The notes beneath the pieces were generated by a model. It was not told the DNA's origin. It searched no databases and saw only the letters and a list, made by a program, of their open reading frames with translations. A stretch of DNA of 64,000 bases from Antedon mediterranea (lineage: Eukaryota; Animalia; Echinodermata), in the NCBI RefSeq assembly GCF_964355755.1, contig NC_092676.1:12944771-13008770 (forward strand), read 5' to 3'. Positions 41,801 through 55,900 of this stretch are shown here, in pieces. Every line of letters begins with the position of its first letter. Position 1 is the first letter of the stretch. The translations under genes were made by a program, and so were the position numbers.

Positions 41801-44800
41801 CAAAAACATCAAATTGCACAAAATAGCTTAATACCGTGTTTGAAATCATTTTAAACCATTTTGAGCATGTCGATAAAACTTTTCACACAAAAACATCAAA
41901 GTGCACAGAATATCTCCAAATCGCATTTGGAGACGTTTTAGACCATTTTGTGCATTTCGATGAAACTTGGTTACACAAAAACATCAAAGTGCTTAAAATC
42001 ACATTTGAAACCGTTTTAGAGCATTTTGAGCATTTCGATAAAACTTTTCACACAAAAACATCAAAGTGTACAAAATAGCTTCAAATCACATTTGAAACCG
42101 TTTTAGACCATTTTGAGCATTTCGATAAAACTTTTCACACAAAAACATCAAAGTGTACAAAATAGCTTCAAATCGCATTTGGAGACGTTTTAAACCATTT
42201 TGTGCATTTCGATGGAACTTGGTTACACAAAAACATCAAAGTGCTTAAAATCACATTTAAAACCGTTTTAGAGCATTTTTAGCATTTCGATAAAACATTT
42301 CACACAAAAACATCAAAGTGCACAAAATAGCTTCAAATCGCATTTAGAGATGTTTTAGACCATTTTGTGCATTTCGATAAAACTTTTCACACAAAAACAT
42401 CAAATTGCACAAAATAGCTTAATACCGTGTTTGAAATCATTTTAAACCATTTTGAGCATGTCGATAAAACTTTTCACACAAAAACATCAAAGTGCACAGA
42501 ATTTCTTCAAATCTTATTTAGAGACGTTTTAGACCATTTTGTGCATTTCGAAAAAATTTGTTAACATAAAAAGACCAAAGTGTTTAGAATATCTCCAAAT
42601 CGCATTTGGAGACGTTTTAAACCATTTTGTGCATTTCGATGGAACTTGGTTACACAAAAACATCAAAGTGCTTAAAATCACATTTAAAACCGTTTTAGAG
42701 CATTTTGAGCATTTCGATAAAACTTTTCACACAAAAACATCAAAGTGTACAAAATAGCTTCAAATCGGATTTAGAGAGGTTTTAGACCATTTTGTGCATT
42801 TTGATAAAACTTTTCACACAAAAACATCAAATTGCACAAAATAGCTTAATACCATGTTTGAAATCGTTTTAAACCATTTTGAGCATGTCGATAAAACTTT
42901 TCACAAAAAAACATCAAAGTGCACAGAATAGCTTCAAATCGCATTTGGAGACGTTTTAAACCATTTTGTGCATTTCGATAAAACTTTTCACATAAAAACA
43001 TCAAAGTGTACAAAATAGCTTCAAATCGCATTTAGAGACGTTTTAGACCATTTTGGGCATTTCGATGAAACTTGGTTACACAAATACATAAAAGTGCTTA
43101 AAATCACATTTAAAACCGTTTTAGAGCATTTTGAGCATTTCGATAAAACTTTTCACACAAAAACATCAAAGTGTACAAAATAGCTTCAAATCACATTTGA
43201 AACCGTTTTAGACCATTTTGAGCATTTCGATAAAACTTTTCACACAAAAACATCAAAGTGTACAAAATAGCTTCAAATCGCATTTGGAGACGTTTTAGAC
43301 CATTTTGTGTATTTCGATGAAACTTGGTTACACAAAAACATCAAAGTGCTTAAAATCACATTTGAACCCGTTTTAGAGCATTTTTAGCATTTCGATAATA
43401 CTTTTCACACAAAAACATCAAAGTGTACAAAATAGCTTCAAATCGCATTTGGAGACGTTTTAGACCATTTTGTGCATTTCGATGAAACTTGGTTACACAA
43501 AAACATCAAAGTGCTTAAAATCACATTTGAAACCGTTTTAAAGCATTTTGAGCATTTCGATAAAACTTTTCACACAAAAACATCAAAGTGTACAAAATAG
43601 CTTCAAATCGCATTTAGAGACGTTTTAGACCATTTTGTGTTTTTCGAAAAAACTTTTCACACAAAAACATCAAAGTGTACAAAATTCCTTCAAATCGCAT
43701 TTGGAGACGTTTTAGACCATTTTGTGAATTTCGAAAAACTTTTCACACAAAAACATCAAAGTGTAGAAAATTGCTTCAAATCGCATTTAGAGATGTTTTA
43801 GACCATTTTGTGCATTTCGAAAAAATTTGTTAACATAAAAAGACCAAAGTGTTTAGAATATCTCCAAATCGCATTTGGAGACGTTTTAGACCATTTTGTG
43901 CATTTCGATGACACTTGGTTACACAAAAACATCAAAGTGCTTAAAATCACATTTAAAACCGTTTTAGAGCGTTTTGAGCATTTCGATAAACTTTTCAAAC
44001 AAAAACATCAAAGTGTACAAAATAGCTTCAAATCGTATTTGGAGACGTTTTAGACCATTTTGTGCGTTTCGATGAATCTTGGTTACACAAAAACATCAAA
44101 GTGCTTAAAATCAAATTTAAAACCGTTTTAGTGCATTTTGAGCATTTCGATAAAACTTTTCACACAAAAACATCAAAGTGCACAAAATAGCTTCAAATCG
44201 CATTTAGAGATGTTTTAGACCATTTTGTGCGTTTCGATAAAACTTTTCACACAAAAACATCAAATTGCACAAAATAGCTTAATATCGTGTTTGAAAACGT
44301 TTTAGACCATTTTGAGCATGTCGATAAAACTTTTCACACAAAAACATAAAAGTGCACAGAATAGCTTCAAATCGCATTTGGAGACGTTTTAGACCATTTT
44401 GTGCATTTCGAAAAAACTTTTTAACATAAAAACACCAAAGTGCTTAGAATAGCTTCAAATCGCATTTGGAGACGTTTTAGACCATTTTGTGCATTTCGAT
44501 GAAACTTGGTTACACAAAAACATCAAAGTGCTTAAAATCACATTTGAAACCGTTTTAGAGCATTTTGAGCATTTCGATAAAACTTTTCACACAAAAACAT
44601 CAAAGTGTACAAAATAGCTTCAAATCACATTTGAAACCGTTTTAGACCATTTTGAGCATTTCGATAAAACTTTTCACACAAAAACATCAAAGTGTACAAA
44701 ATAGCTTCAAATCGCATTTGGAGACGTTTTAGACCATTTTGTGCATTTCGATGAAACTTGGTTACACAAAAACATCAAAGTGCTTAAAATCACATTTGAA

Positions 44801-45800
44801 ACCGTTTTAGACCATTTTGAGCGTTTCGATAAAACTTTTCACACAAATAAATCAGAGTGCACAAAATAGCTTCAAATCGCATTTGGAGACGTTTTAGACT
44901 ATTTTGTGCATTTCGAAAAAATTTGTTAACATAAAAAGACCAAAGTGTTTAGAATATCTCCAAATCGCATTTGGAGACGTTTTAAACCATTTTGTGCATT
45001 TCGATGGAACTTGGTTACACAAAAACATCAAAGTGCTTAAAATCACATTTAAAACCGTTTTAGAGCATTTTGAGCATTTCGATAAAACTTTTCACACAAA
45101 AACATCAAAGTGTACAAAATAGCTTCAAATCGCATTTAGAGACGTTTTAGACCATTTTGTGCATTTTGATAAAACTTTTCACACAAAAACATCAAATTGC
45201 ACAAAATAGCTTAATATTGTGTTTGAAAACGTTTTAAACCATTTTGAGCATGTCGATAAAACTTTTCACACAAAAATATCAAAGTGCCCAGAATATCTTC
45301 AAATCGCATTTAGAGACGTTTTAGACCATTTTGTGCATTTCGAAAAAATTTGTTAACATAAAAAGACCAAAGTGTTTAGATTATCTCCAAATCGCATTTG
45401 GAGACGTTTTAGACCATTTTGTGTTTTTCGAAAAAACTTTTCACACAAAAACATCAAAGTGTACAAAATTGCTTCAAATCGCATTTAGAGAGGTTTTAGA
45501 CCATTTTGTGCATTTCGATAAAACTTTTCACACAAAAACATCAAAGTGCACAGAATATCTTAATACCGTGTCTGAAATCGTTTTAAACCATTTTGAGCAT
45601 GTCGATAAAACTTTTCACACAAAAACATCAAAGTGCACAGAATATCTTCAAATCGCATTTAGAGACGTTTTAGACCATTTTGTGCATTTCGAAAAAATTT
45701 GTTAACATAAAAAGACCAAAGTGTTTAGAATATCTCCAAATCGCATTTGGAGACGTTTTAGACCATTTTGTGCATTTCGATGAAACTTGGTTACACAAAA
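37700..45800 (+). repeat. Direct duplication of ~3.2 kb at 4828-bp offset (~37700-40970 vs ~42530-45800)
   Basis: ORF pairs 37711/42539, 38018/42846, 38980/43808, 40076/44904 and 40503/45331 all differ by 4828. Shared markers are taccatgtttg, ttttgggcat and aaataaatcagag. Confidence 0.9.
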
Positions 45801-45949
45801 ACATCAAAGTGTACAAAATTGCTTCAAATCGCATTTAGAGAGGTTTTAGACCATTTTGTGCATTTCGATAAAACTTTTCACACAAAAACATCAAAGTGCA
45901 CAGAATATCTTAATACCGTGTCTGAAATCGTTTTAAACCATTTTGAGCA

Positions 45950-48900
45950 TGTCGATAAAACTTTTCACACAAAAACATCAAAGTGCACAGAATATCTTCA
46001 AATCGCATTTAGAGACGTTTTAGACCATTTTGTGCATTTCGAAAAAATTTGTTAACATAAAAAGACCAAAGTGTTTAGAATATCTCCAAATCGCATTTGG
46101 AGACGTTTTAGACCATTTTGTGCATTTCGATGAAACTTGGTTACACAAAAACATCAAAGTGCTTAAAATCACATTTGAAACCGTTTTAGAGCATTTTGAG
46201 CATTTCGATAAAACTTTTCACACAAAAACATCGAAGTGTACAAAATAGCTTCAAATCACATTTGAAACCGTTTTAGACCATTTTGAGCATTTCGATAAAA
46301 CTTTTCACACAAAAACATCAAAGTGTACAAAATAGCTTCAAATCGCATTTGGAGACGTTTTAGACCATTTTGTGCATTTCGATGAAACTTGGTTACACAA
46401 AAACATCAAAGTGCTTAAAATCACATTTGAAACCGTTTTAGAGCATTTTTAGCATTTCGATAATACTTTTCACACAAAAACATCAAAGAGTACAAAATAG
46501 CTTCAAATCGCATTTGGAGACGTTTTAGACCATTTTGTGCATTTCGATGAAACTTGGTTACACAAAAACATCAAAGTGCTTAAAATCACATTTGAAACCG
46601 TTTTAGACCATTTTGAGCATTTCGATAAAACTTTTCACACAAAAAAATCAAAGTGCACAAAATAGCTTCAAATCGCATTTGGGGACGTTTTAGACTATTT
46701 TGTGCATTTCGAAAAAATTTGTTAACATAAAAAGACCAAAGTGTTTAGAATATCTCCAAATCGCATTTGGAGACGTTTTAAACCATTTTGTGCATTTCGA
46801 TGGAACTTGGTTACACAAAAACATCAAAGTGCTTAAAATCACATTTAAAACCGTTTTAGAGCATTTTGAGCATTTCGATAAAACTTTTCACACAAAAACA
46901 TCAAAGTGTACAAAATAGCTTCAAATCGCATTTAGAGACGTTTTAGACCATTTTGTGCATTTTGATAAAAATTTTCACACAAAAACATCAAATTGCACAA
47001 AATAGCTTAATATTGTGTTTGAAAACGTTTTAAACCATTTTGAGCATGTCGATAAAACTTTTCACACAAAAATATCAAAGTGCCCAGAATATCTTCAAAT
47101 CGCATTTAGAGACGTTTTAGACCATTTTGTGCATTTCGAAAAAATTTGTTAACATAAAAAGACCAAAGTGTTTAGATTATCTCCAAATCGCATTTGGAGA
47201 CGTTTTAGACCATTTTGTGCATTTCGATGAAACTTGGTTACACAAAAACATCAAAGTGCTTAAAATCACATTTGAAACCGTTTTAGAGCATTTTGAGCAT
47301 TTCGATAAAACTTTTCACACAAAAACATCAAAGTGTACAAAATAGCTTCAAATCACATTTGAAACCGTTTTAGACCATTTTGAGCATTTCGATAAAACTT
47401 TTCACACAAAAACATCAAAGTGTACAGAATAGCTTCAAATCGCATTTGGAGACGTTTTAGACCATTTTGTGCATTTCGATGAAACTTGGTTACACAAAAA
47501 CATCAAAGTGCTTAAAATCACATTTGAAACCGTTTTAGAGCATTTTTAACATTTCGATAATACTTTTCACACAAAAACATCAAATTGCACAAAATAGCTT
47601 CAAATCACATTTGGAGACGTTTTAGACCATTTTGTGCATTTCGATGAAACTTGGTTACACAAAAACATCAAAGTGCTTAAAATCACATTTGAAACCGTTT
47701 TAGAGCATTTTGAGCATTTCGATAAAACTTTTCACACAAAAAAATCAAACTGCACAAAATAGCTTCAAATCGCATTTGGAGAGGTTTTAGACCATTTTGT
47801 GCATTTCGATAAAACTTTTCACACAAAAACATCAAAGTGTACAAAATAGCTTCAAATCGCATTTAGAGACGTTTTAGACCATTTTGGTTTTTTACACAAA
47901 AACATCAAAGTGCACAAAATAGCTTCAAATCGCATTTAGAGATGTTTTAGACCATTTTTTTGCATTTCGATAAAATTTTTCACACAAAAACATCAAATTG
48001 CACAAAATAGCTTAATACCGTGTTTGAAATCATTTTAAACCATTTTGAGCATGTCGATAAAACTTTTCACACAAAAACATCAAAGTGCACAGAATATCTT
48101 CAAATCGCATTTAGAGACGTTTTAGACCATTTTGTGCATTTCGAAAAAATTTGTTAACATAAAAAGACAAAAGTGTTTAGAATATCTCCAAATCGCATTT
48201 GGAGACGTTTTAGACCATTTTGTGCATTTCGATGAAACTTGGTTACACAAAAACATCAAAGTGCTTAAAATCACATTTGAAACCGTTTTAGAGCATTTTG
48301 AGCATTTCGATAAAACTTTTCACACAAAAACATCGAAGTGTACAAAATAGCTTCAAATCACATTTGAAACCGTTTTAGACCATTTTGAGCATTTCGATAA
48401 AACTTTTCACACAAAAACATCAAAGTGTACAAAATAGCTTCAAATCGCATTTGGAGACGTTTTAGACCATTTTGTGCATTTCGATGAAACTTGGTTACAC
48501 AAAAACATCAAAGTGCTTAAAATCACATTTGAAACCGTTTTAGAGCATTTTTAGCATTTCGATAATACTTTTCACACAAAAACATCAAAGAGTACAAAAT
48601 AGCTTCAAATCGCATTTGGAGACGTTTTAGACCATTTTGTGCATTTCGATGAAACTTGGTTACACAAAAACATCAAAGTGCTTAAAATCACATTTGAAAC
48701 CGTTTTAGACCATTTTGAGCATTTCGATAAAACTTTTCACACAAAAAAATCAAAGTGCACAAAATAGCTTCAAATCGCATTTGGGGACGTTTTAGACTAT
48801 TTTGTGCATTTCGAAAAAATTTGTTAACATAAAAAGACCAAAGTGTTTAGAATATCTCCAAATCGCATTTGGAGACGTTTTAAACCATTTTGTGCATTTC

Positions 48901-49990
48901 GATGGAACTTGGTTACACAAAAACATCAAAGTGCTTAAAATCACATTTAAAACCGTTTTAGAGCATTTTGAGCATTTCGATAAAACTTTTCACACAAAAA
49001 CATCAAAGTGTACAAAATAGCTTCAAATCGCATTTAGAGACGTTTTAGACCATTTTGTGCATTTTGATAAAAATTTTCACACAAAAACATCAAATTGCAC
49101 AAAATAGCTTAATATTGTGTTTGAAAACGTTTTAAACCATTTTGAGCATGTCGATAAAACTTTTCACACAAAAATATCAAAGTGCCCAGAATATCTTCAA
49201 ATCGCATTTAGAGACGTTTTAGACCATTTTGTGCATTTCGAAAAAATTTGTTAACATAAAAAGACCAAAGTGTTTAGATTATCTCCAAATCGCATTTGGA
49301 GACGTTTTAGACCATTTTGTGCATTTCGATGAAACTTGGTTACACAAAAACATCAAAGTGCTTAAAATCACATTTGAAACCGTTTTAGAGCATTTTGAGC
49401 ATTTCGATAAAACTTTTCACACAAAAACATCAAAGTGTACAAAATAGCTTCAAATCACATTTGAAACCGTTTTAGACCATTTTGAGCATTTCGATAAAAC
49501 TTTTCACACAAAAACATCAAAGTGTACAGAATAGCTTCAAATCGCATTTGGAGACGTTTTAGACCATTTTGTGCATTTCGATGAAACTTGGTTACACAAA
49601 AACATCAAAGTGCTTAAAATCACATTTGAAACCGTTTTAGAGCATTTTTAACATTTCGATAATACTTTTCACACAAAAACATCAAATTGCACAAAATAGC
49701 TTCAAATCACATTTGGAGACGTTTTAGACCATTTTGTGCATTTCGATGAAACTTGGTTACACAAAAACATCAAAGTGCTTAAAATCACATTTGAAACCGT
49801 TTTAGAGCATTTTGAGCATTTCGATAAAACTTTTCACACAAAAAAATCAAACTGCACAAAATAGCTTCAAATCGCATTTGGAGAGGTTTTAGACCATTTT
49901 GTGCATTTCGATAAAACTTTTCACACAAAAACATCAAAGTGTACAAAATAGCTTCAAATCGCATTTAGAGACGTTTTAGACCATTTTGTG
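45950..49990 (+). repeat. Near-tandem duplication, 2102-bp period
   Basis: 46030/48132, 46700/48802 and 47127/49229 differ by 2102. The markers catcgaagtg, caaagagtac, gataaaaatttt and aaactgcac occur in both copies. Confidence 0.9.
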
Positions 49991-52900
49991 CATTTCGATA
50001 AAACTTTTCACACAAAAACATCAAATTGCACAAAATAGCTTAATATCGTGTTTGAAAACGTTTTAAACCATTTTGAGCATGTCGATAAAACTTTTCACAA
50101 AAAAATATCAAAGTGCACAGAATATCTTCAAATCGCATTTAGAGACGTTTTAGACCATTTTGTGCATTTCGATGAAACTTGGTTACACAAAAACATCAAA
50201 GTGCTTAAAATCACATTTAAAACCGTTTTAGAGCGTTTTGAGCATTTCGATAAAACTTTTCACACAAAAACATCAAATTGCACAAAATAGCTTAATACCG
50301 TGTTTGAAATCATTTTAAACCATTTTGAGCATGTCGATAAAACTTTTCACACAAAAACATCAAAGTGCACAGAATATCTTCAAATCGCATTTAGAGACGT
50401 TTTAGACCATTTTGTGCATTTCGAAAAAATTTGTTAACATAAAAAGACCAAAGTGTTTAGAATATCTCCAAATCGCAATTTGAGACGTTTTAGACCATTT
50501 TGTGCATTTCGATGAAACTTGGTTACACAAAAACATCAAAGTGCTTAAAATCACATTTGAAACCGTTTTAGAGCATTTTGAGCATTTCGATAAAACTTTT
50601 CACACAAAAACATCAAAGTGTACAAAATAGCTTCAAATCACATTTGAAACCGTTTTAGACCATTTTGAGCATTTCGATAAAACTTTTCACACAAAAACAT
50701 CAAAGTGTACAAAATAGCTTCAAATCGCATTTGGAGACGTTTTAGACCATTTTGTGCATTTCGATGAAACTTGGTTACACAAAAACATCAAAGTGCTTAA
50801 AATCACATTTGAAACCGTTTTAGAGCATTTTTAGCATTTCGATAATACTTTTCACACAAAAACATCAAAGTGTACAAAATAGCTTCAAATCGCATTTAGA
50901 GATGTTTTAGACCATTTTGTGCAATTCGATAAAACTTTTCACACAAAAACATCAAATTGCACAAAATAGCTTAATATCGTGTTTGAAAACGTTTTAGACC
51001 ATTTTGAGCATGTCGATAAAACTTTTCACACAAAAACATAAAAGTGAACAGAATAGCTTCAAATTGCATTTGGAGACGTTTTAGAGCATTTTGTGCATTT
51101 CGATAAAATGTGTTAACATAAAAAGACCAAAGTGTTTAGAATATCTTCAAATCACATTTGGAGACGTTTTAGACCATTTTTTGCATTTCGATGAAACTTG
51201 GTTACACAAAAACATCAAAGTGCTTAAAATCACATTTAAAACCGTTTTAGAGCATTTTGAGCATTTCGATAAAACTTTTCACACAAAAACATCAAAGTGT
51301 ACAAAATAGCTTCAAATCGCATTTAGAGAGGTTTTAGACCATTTTGTGCATTTCGATAAAACTTTTCACACAAAAACATCAAAGTGTACAAAATAACTTC
51401 AAATCGTATTTAGAGACGTTTTAGACCATTTTGTGCATTTTGATAAAACTTTTCACACAAAAACATCAAATTGCACAAAATAGCTTAATATCGTGTTTGA
51501 AAACGTTTTAAACCATTTTGAGCATGTCGATAAAACTTTTCACACAAAAATATCAAAGTGCACAGAATATCTTCAAATCGCATTTAGAGACGTTTTAGAC
51601 CATTTTGTGCATTTCGAAAAAATTTGTTAACATAAAAAGACCAAAGTGTTTAGAATATCTCCAAATCGCATTTGGAGACGTTTTAGACCATTTTGTGTTT
51701 TTCGAAAAAACTTTTCACACAAAAACATCAAAGTGTACAAAATTCCTTCAAATCGCATTTGGAGACGTTTTAGACCATTTTGTGATTTTCGAAAAACTTT
51801 TCACACAAAAACATCAAAGTGTAGAAAATTGCTTCAAATCGCATTTAGAGATGTTTTAGAGCATTTTGTGCATTTCGAAAAAATTTGTTAACATAAAAAG
51901 ACCAAAGTGTTTAGAATATCTCCAAATCGCATTTGGAGACGTTTTAGACCATTTTGTGCATTTCGATGACACTTGGTTACACAAAAACATCAAAGTGCTT
52001 AAAATCACATTTAAAACCGTTTTAGAGCGTTTTGAGCATTTCGATAAACTTTTCAAACAAAAACATCAAAGTGTACAAAATAGCTTCAAATCGTATTTGG
52101 AGACGTTTTAGACCATTTTGTGCGTTTCGATGAATCTTGGTTACACAAAAACATCAAAGTGCTTAAAATTAAATTTAAAACCGTTTTAGTGCATTTTGAG
52201 CATTTCGATAAAACTTTTCACACAAAAACATCAAAGTGCACAAAATAGCTTCAAATCGCATTTAGAGATGTTTTAGACCATTTTGTGCGTTTCGATAAAA
52301 CTTTTCACACAAAAACATCAAATTGCACAAAATAGCTTAATATCGTGTTTGAAAACGTTTTAGACCATTTTGAGCATGTCGATAAAACTTTTCACACAAA
52401 AACATAAAAGTGCACAGAATAGCTTCAAATCGCATTTGGAGACGTTTTAGACCATTTTGTGCATTTCGAAAAAACTTTTTAACATAAAAACACCAAAGTG
52501 CTTAGAATAGCTTCAAATCGCATTTGGAGACGTTTTAGACCATTTTGTGCATTTCGATAAAATGTGTTAACATAAAAAGACCAAAGTGTTTAGAATATCT
52601 TCAAATCACATTTGGAGACGTTTTAGACCATTTTTTGCATTTCGATGAAACTTGGTTACACAAAAACATCAAAGTGCTTAAAATCACATTTAAAACCGTT
52701 TTAGAGCATTTTGAGCATTTCGATAAAACTTTTCACACAAAAACATCAAAGTGTACAAAATAGCTTCAAATCGCATTTAGAGAGGTTTTAGACCATTTTG
52801 TGCATTTCGATAAAACTTTTCACACAAAAACATCAAAGTGTACAAAATAACTTCAAATCGTATTTAGAGACGTTTTAGACCATTTTGTGCATTTTGATAA

Positions 52901-55900
52901 AACTTTTCACACAAAAACATCAAATTGCACAAAATAGCTTAATATCGTGTTTGAAAACGTTTTAAACCATTTTGAGCATGTCGATAAAACTTTTCACACA
53001 AAAATATCAAAGTGCACAGAATATCTTCAAATCGCATTTAGAGACGTTTTAGACCATTTTGTGCATTTCGAAAAAATTTGTTAACATAAAAAGACCAAAG
53101 TGTTTAGAATATCTCCAAATAGCATTTGGAGACGTTTTAGACCATTTTGTGTTTTTCGAAAAAACTTTTCACACAAAAACATCAAAGTGTACAAAATTCC
53201 TTCAAATCGCATTTGGAGACGTTTTAGACCATTTTGTGATTTTCGAAAAACTTTTCACACAAAAACATCAAAGTGTAGAAAATTGCTTCAAATCGCATTT
53301 AGAGATGTTTTAGAGCATTTTGTGCATTTCGAAAAAATTTGTTAACATAAAAAGACCAAAGTGTTTAGAATATCTCCAAATCGCATTTGGAGACGTTTTA
53401 GACCATTTTGTGCATTTCGATGACACTTGGTTACACAAAAACATCAAAGTGCTTAAAATCACATTTAAAACCGTTTTAGAGCGTTTTGAGCATTTCGATA
53501 AACTTTTCAAACAAAAACATCAAAGTGTACAAAATAGCTTCAAATCGTATTTGGAGACGTTTTAGACCATTTTGTGCGTTTCGATGAATCTTGGTTACAC
53601 AAAAACATCAAAGTGCTTAAAATCAAATTTAAAACCGTTTTAGTGCATTTTGAGCATTTCGATAAAACTTTTCACACAAAAACATCAAAGTGCACAAAAT
53701 AGCTTCAAATCGCATTTAGAGATGTTTTAGACCATTTTGTGCGTTTCGATAAAACTTTTCACACAAAAACATCAAATTGCACAAAATAGCTTAATATCGT
53801 GTTTGAAAACGTTTTAGACCATTTTGAGCATGTCGATAAAACTTTTCACACAAAAACATAAAAGTGCACAGAATAGCTTCAAATCGCATTTGGAGACGTT
53901 TTAGAGCATTTTTAACATTTCGATAATACTTTTCACACAAAAACATCAAAGTGTACAAAATAGCTTCAAATCGCATTTGGAGACGTTTTAGACACATTTT
54001 GTGCATTTCGATGAAACTTGGTTACACAAAAACATCAAAGTGCTTAAAATCACATTTGAAACCGTTTTAGAGCATTTTGAGCATTTCGATAAAACTTTTC
54101 ACACAAAAAAATCAAAGTGCACAAAATAGCTTCAAATCGCATTTGGAGAGGTTTTAGACCATTTTGTGCATTTCGATAAAACTTTTCACACAAAAACATC
54201 AAAGTGTACAAAATAGCTTCAAATCGCATTTAGAGACGTTTTAGACCATTTTGTGCATTTCGATGAAACTTGGTTACACAAAAACATCAAAGTGCTTAAA
54301 ATCACATTTAAAACCGTTTTAGAGCGTTTTGAGCATTTCGATAAACTTTTTACAAAAAAACATCAAAGTGCACAAAATAGCTTCAAATCGCATTTAGAGA
54401 TGTTTTAGACCATTTTGTGCATTTCGATAAAACTTTTCACACAAAAACATCAAATTGCACAAAATAGCTTAATACCGTGTTTGAAATCATTTTAAACCAT
54501 TTTGAGCATGTCGATAAAACTTTTCACACAAAAACATCAAAGTGCACAGAATATCTTCAAATCGCATTTAGAGACGTTTTAGACCATTTTGTGCATTTCG
54601 AAAAAATTTGTTAACATAAAAAGACCAAAGTGTTTAGAATATCTCCAAATCGCATTTGGAGACGTTTTAGACCATTTTGTGCATTTCGATGAAACTTGGT
54701 TACACAAAAACATCAAAGTGCTTAAAATCACATTTGAAACCGTTTTAGAGCATTTTGAGCATTTCGATAAAACTTTTCACACAAAAACATCAAAGTGTAC
54801 AAAATAGCTTCAAATCACATTTGAAACCGTTTTAGACCATTTTGAGCATTTCGATAAAACTTTTCACACAAAAACATCAAAGTGTACAAAATAGCTTCAA
54901 ATCGCATTTGGAGACGTTTTAGACCATTTTGTGCATTTCGATGAAACTTGGTTACACAAAAACATCAAAGTGCTTAAAATCACATTTGAAACCGTTTTAG
55001 AGCATTTTTAGCATTTCGATAATACTTTTCACACAAAAACATCAAAGTGTACAAAATAGCTTCAAATCGCATTTGGAGACGTTTTAGACCATTTTGTGCA
55101 TTTCGATGAAACTTGGTAACACAAAAACATCAAAGTGCTTAAAATCACATTTGAAACCGTTTTAGACCATTTTGAGCATTTCGATAAAACTTTTCACACA
55201 AAAAAATCAAAGTGCACAAAATAGCTTCAAATCGCATTTGGGGACGTTTTAGACTATTTTGTGCATTTCGAAAAAATTTGTTAACATAAAAAGACCAAAG
55301 TGTTTAGAATATCTCCAAATCGCATTTGGAGACGTTTTAAACCATTTTGTGCATTTCGATGGAACTTGGTTACACAAAAACATCAAAGTGCTTAAAATCA
55401 CATTTAAAACCGTTTTAGAGCATTTTTAGCATTCCGATAAAACATTTCACACAAAAACATCAAAGTGCACAAAATAGCTTCAAATCGCATTTAGAGATGT
55501 TTTAGACCATTTTGTGCATTTCGATAAAACTTTTCACACAAAAACATCAAATTGCACAAAATAGCTTAATACCGTGTTTGAAATCATTTTAAACCATTTT
55601 GAGCATGTCGATAAAACTTTTCACACAAAAACATCAAAGTGCACAGAATTTCTTCAAATCGCATTTAGAGACGTTTTAGACCATTTTGTGCATTTCGAAA
55701 AAATTTGTTAACATAAAAAGACCAAAGTGTTTAGAATATCTCCAAATCGCATTTGGAGACGTTTTAGACCATTTTGTGCATTTCGATGAAACTTGGTTAC
55801 ACAAAAACATCAAAGTGCTTAAAATCACATTTGAAACCGTTTTAGAGCATTTTGAGCATTTCGATAAAACTTTTCACACAAAAACATCAAAGTGTACAAA

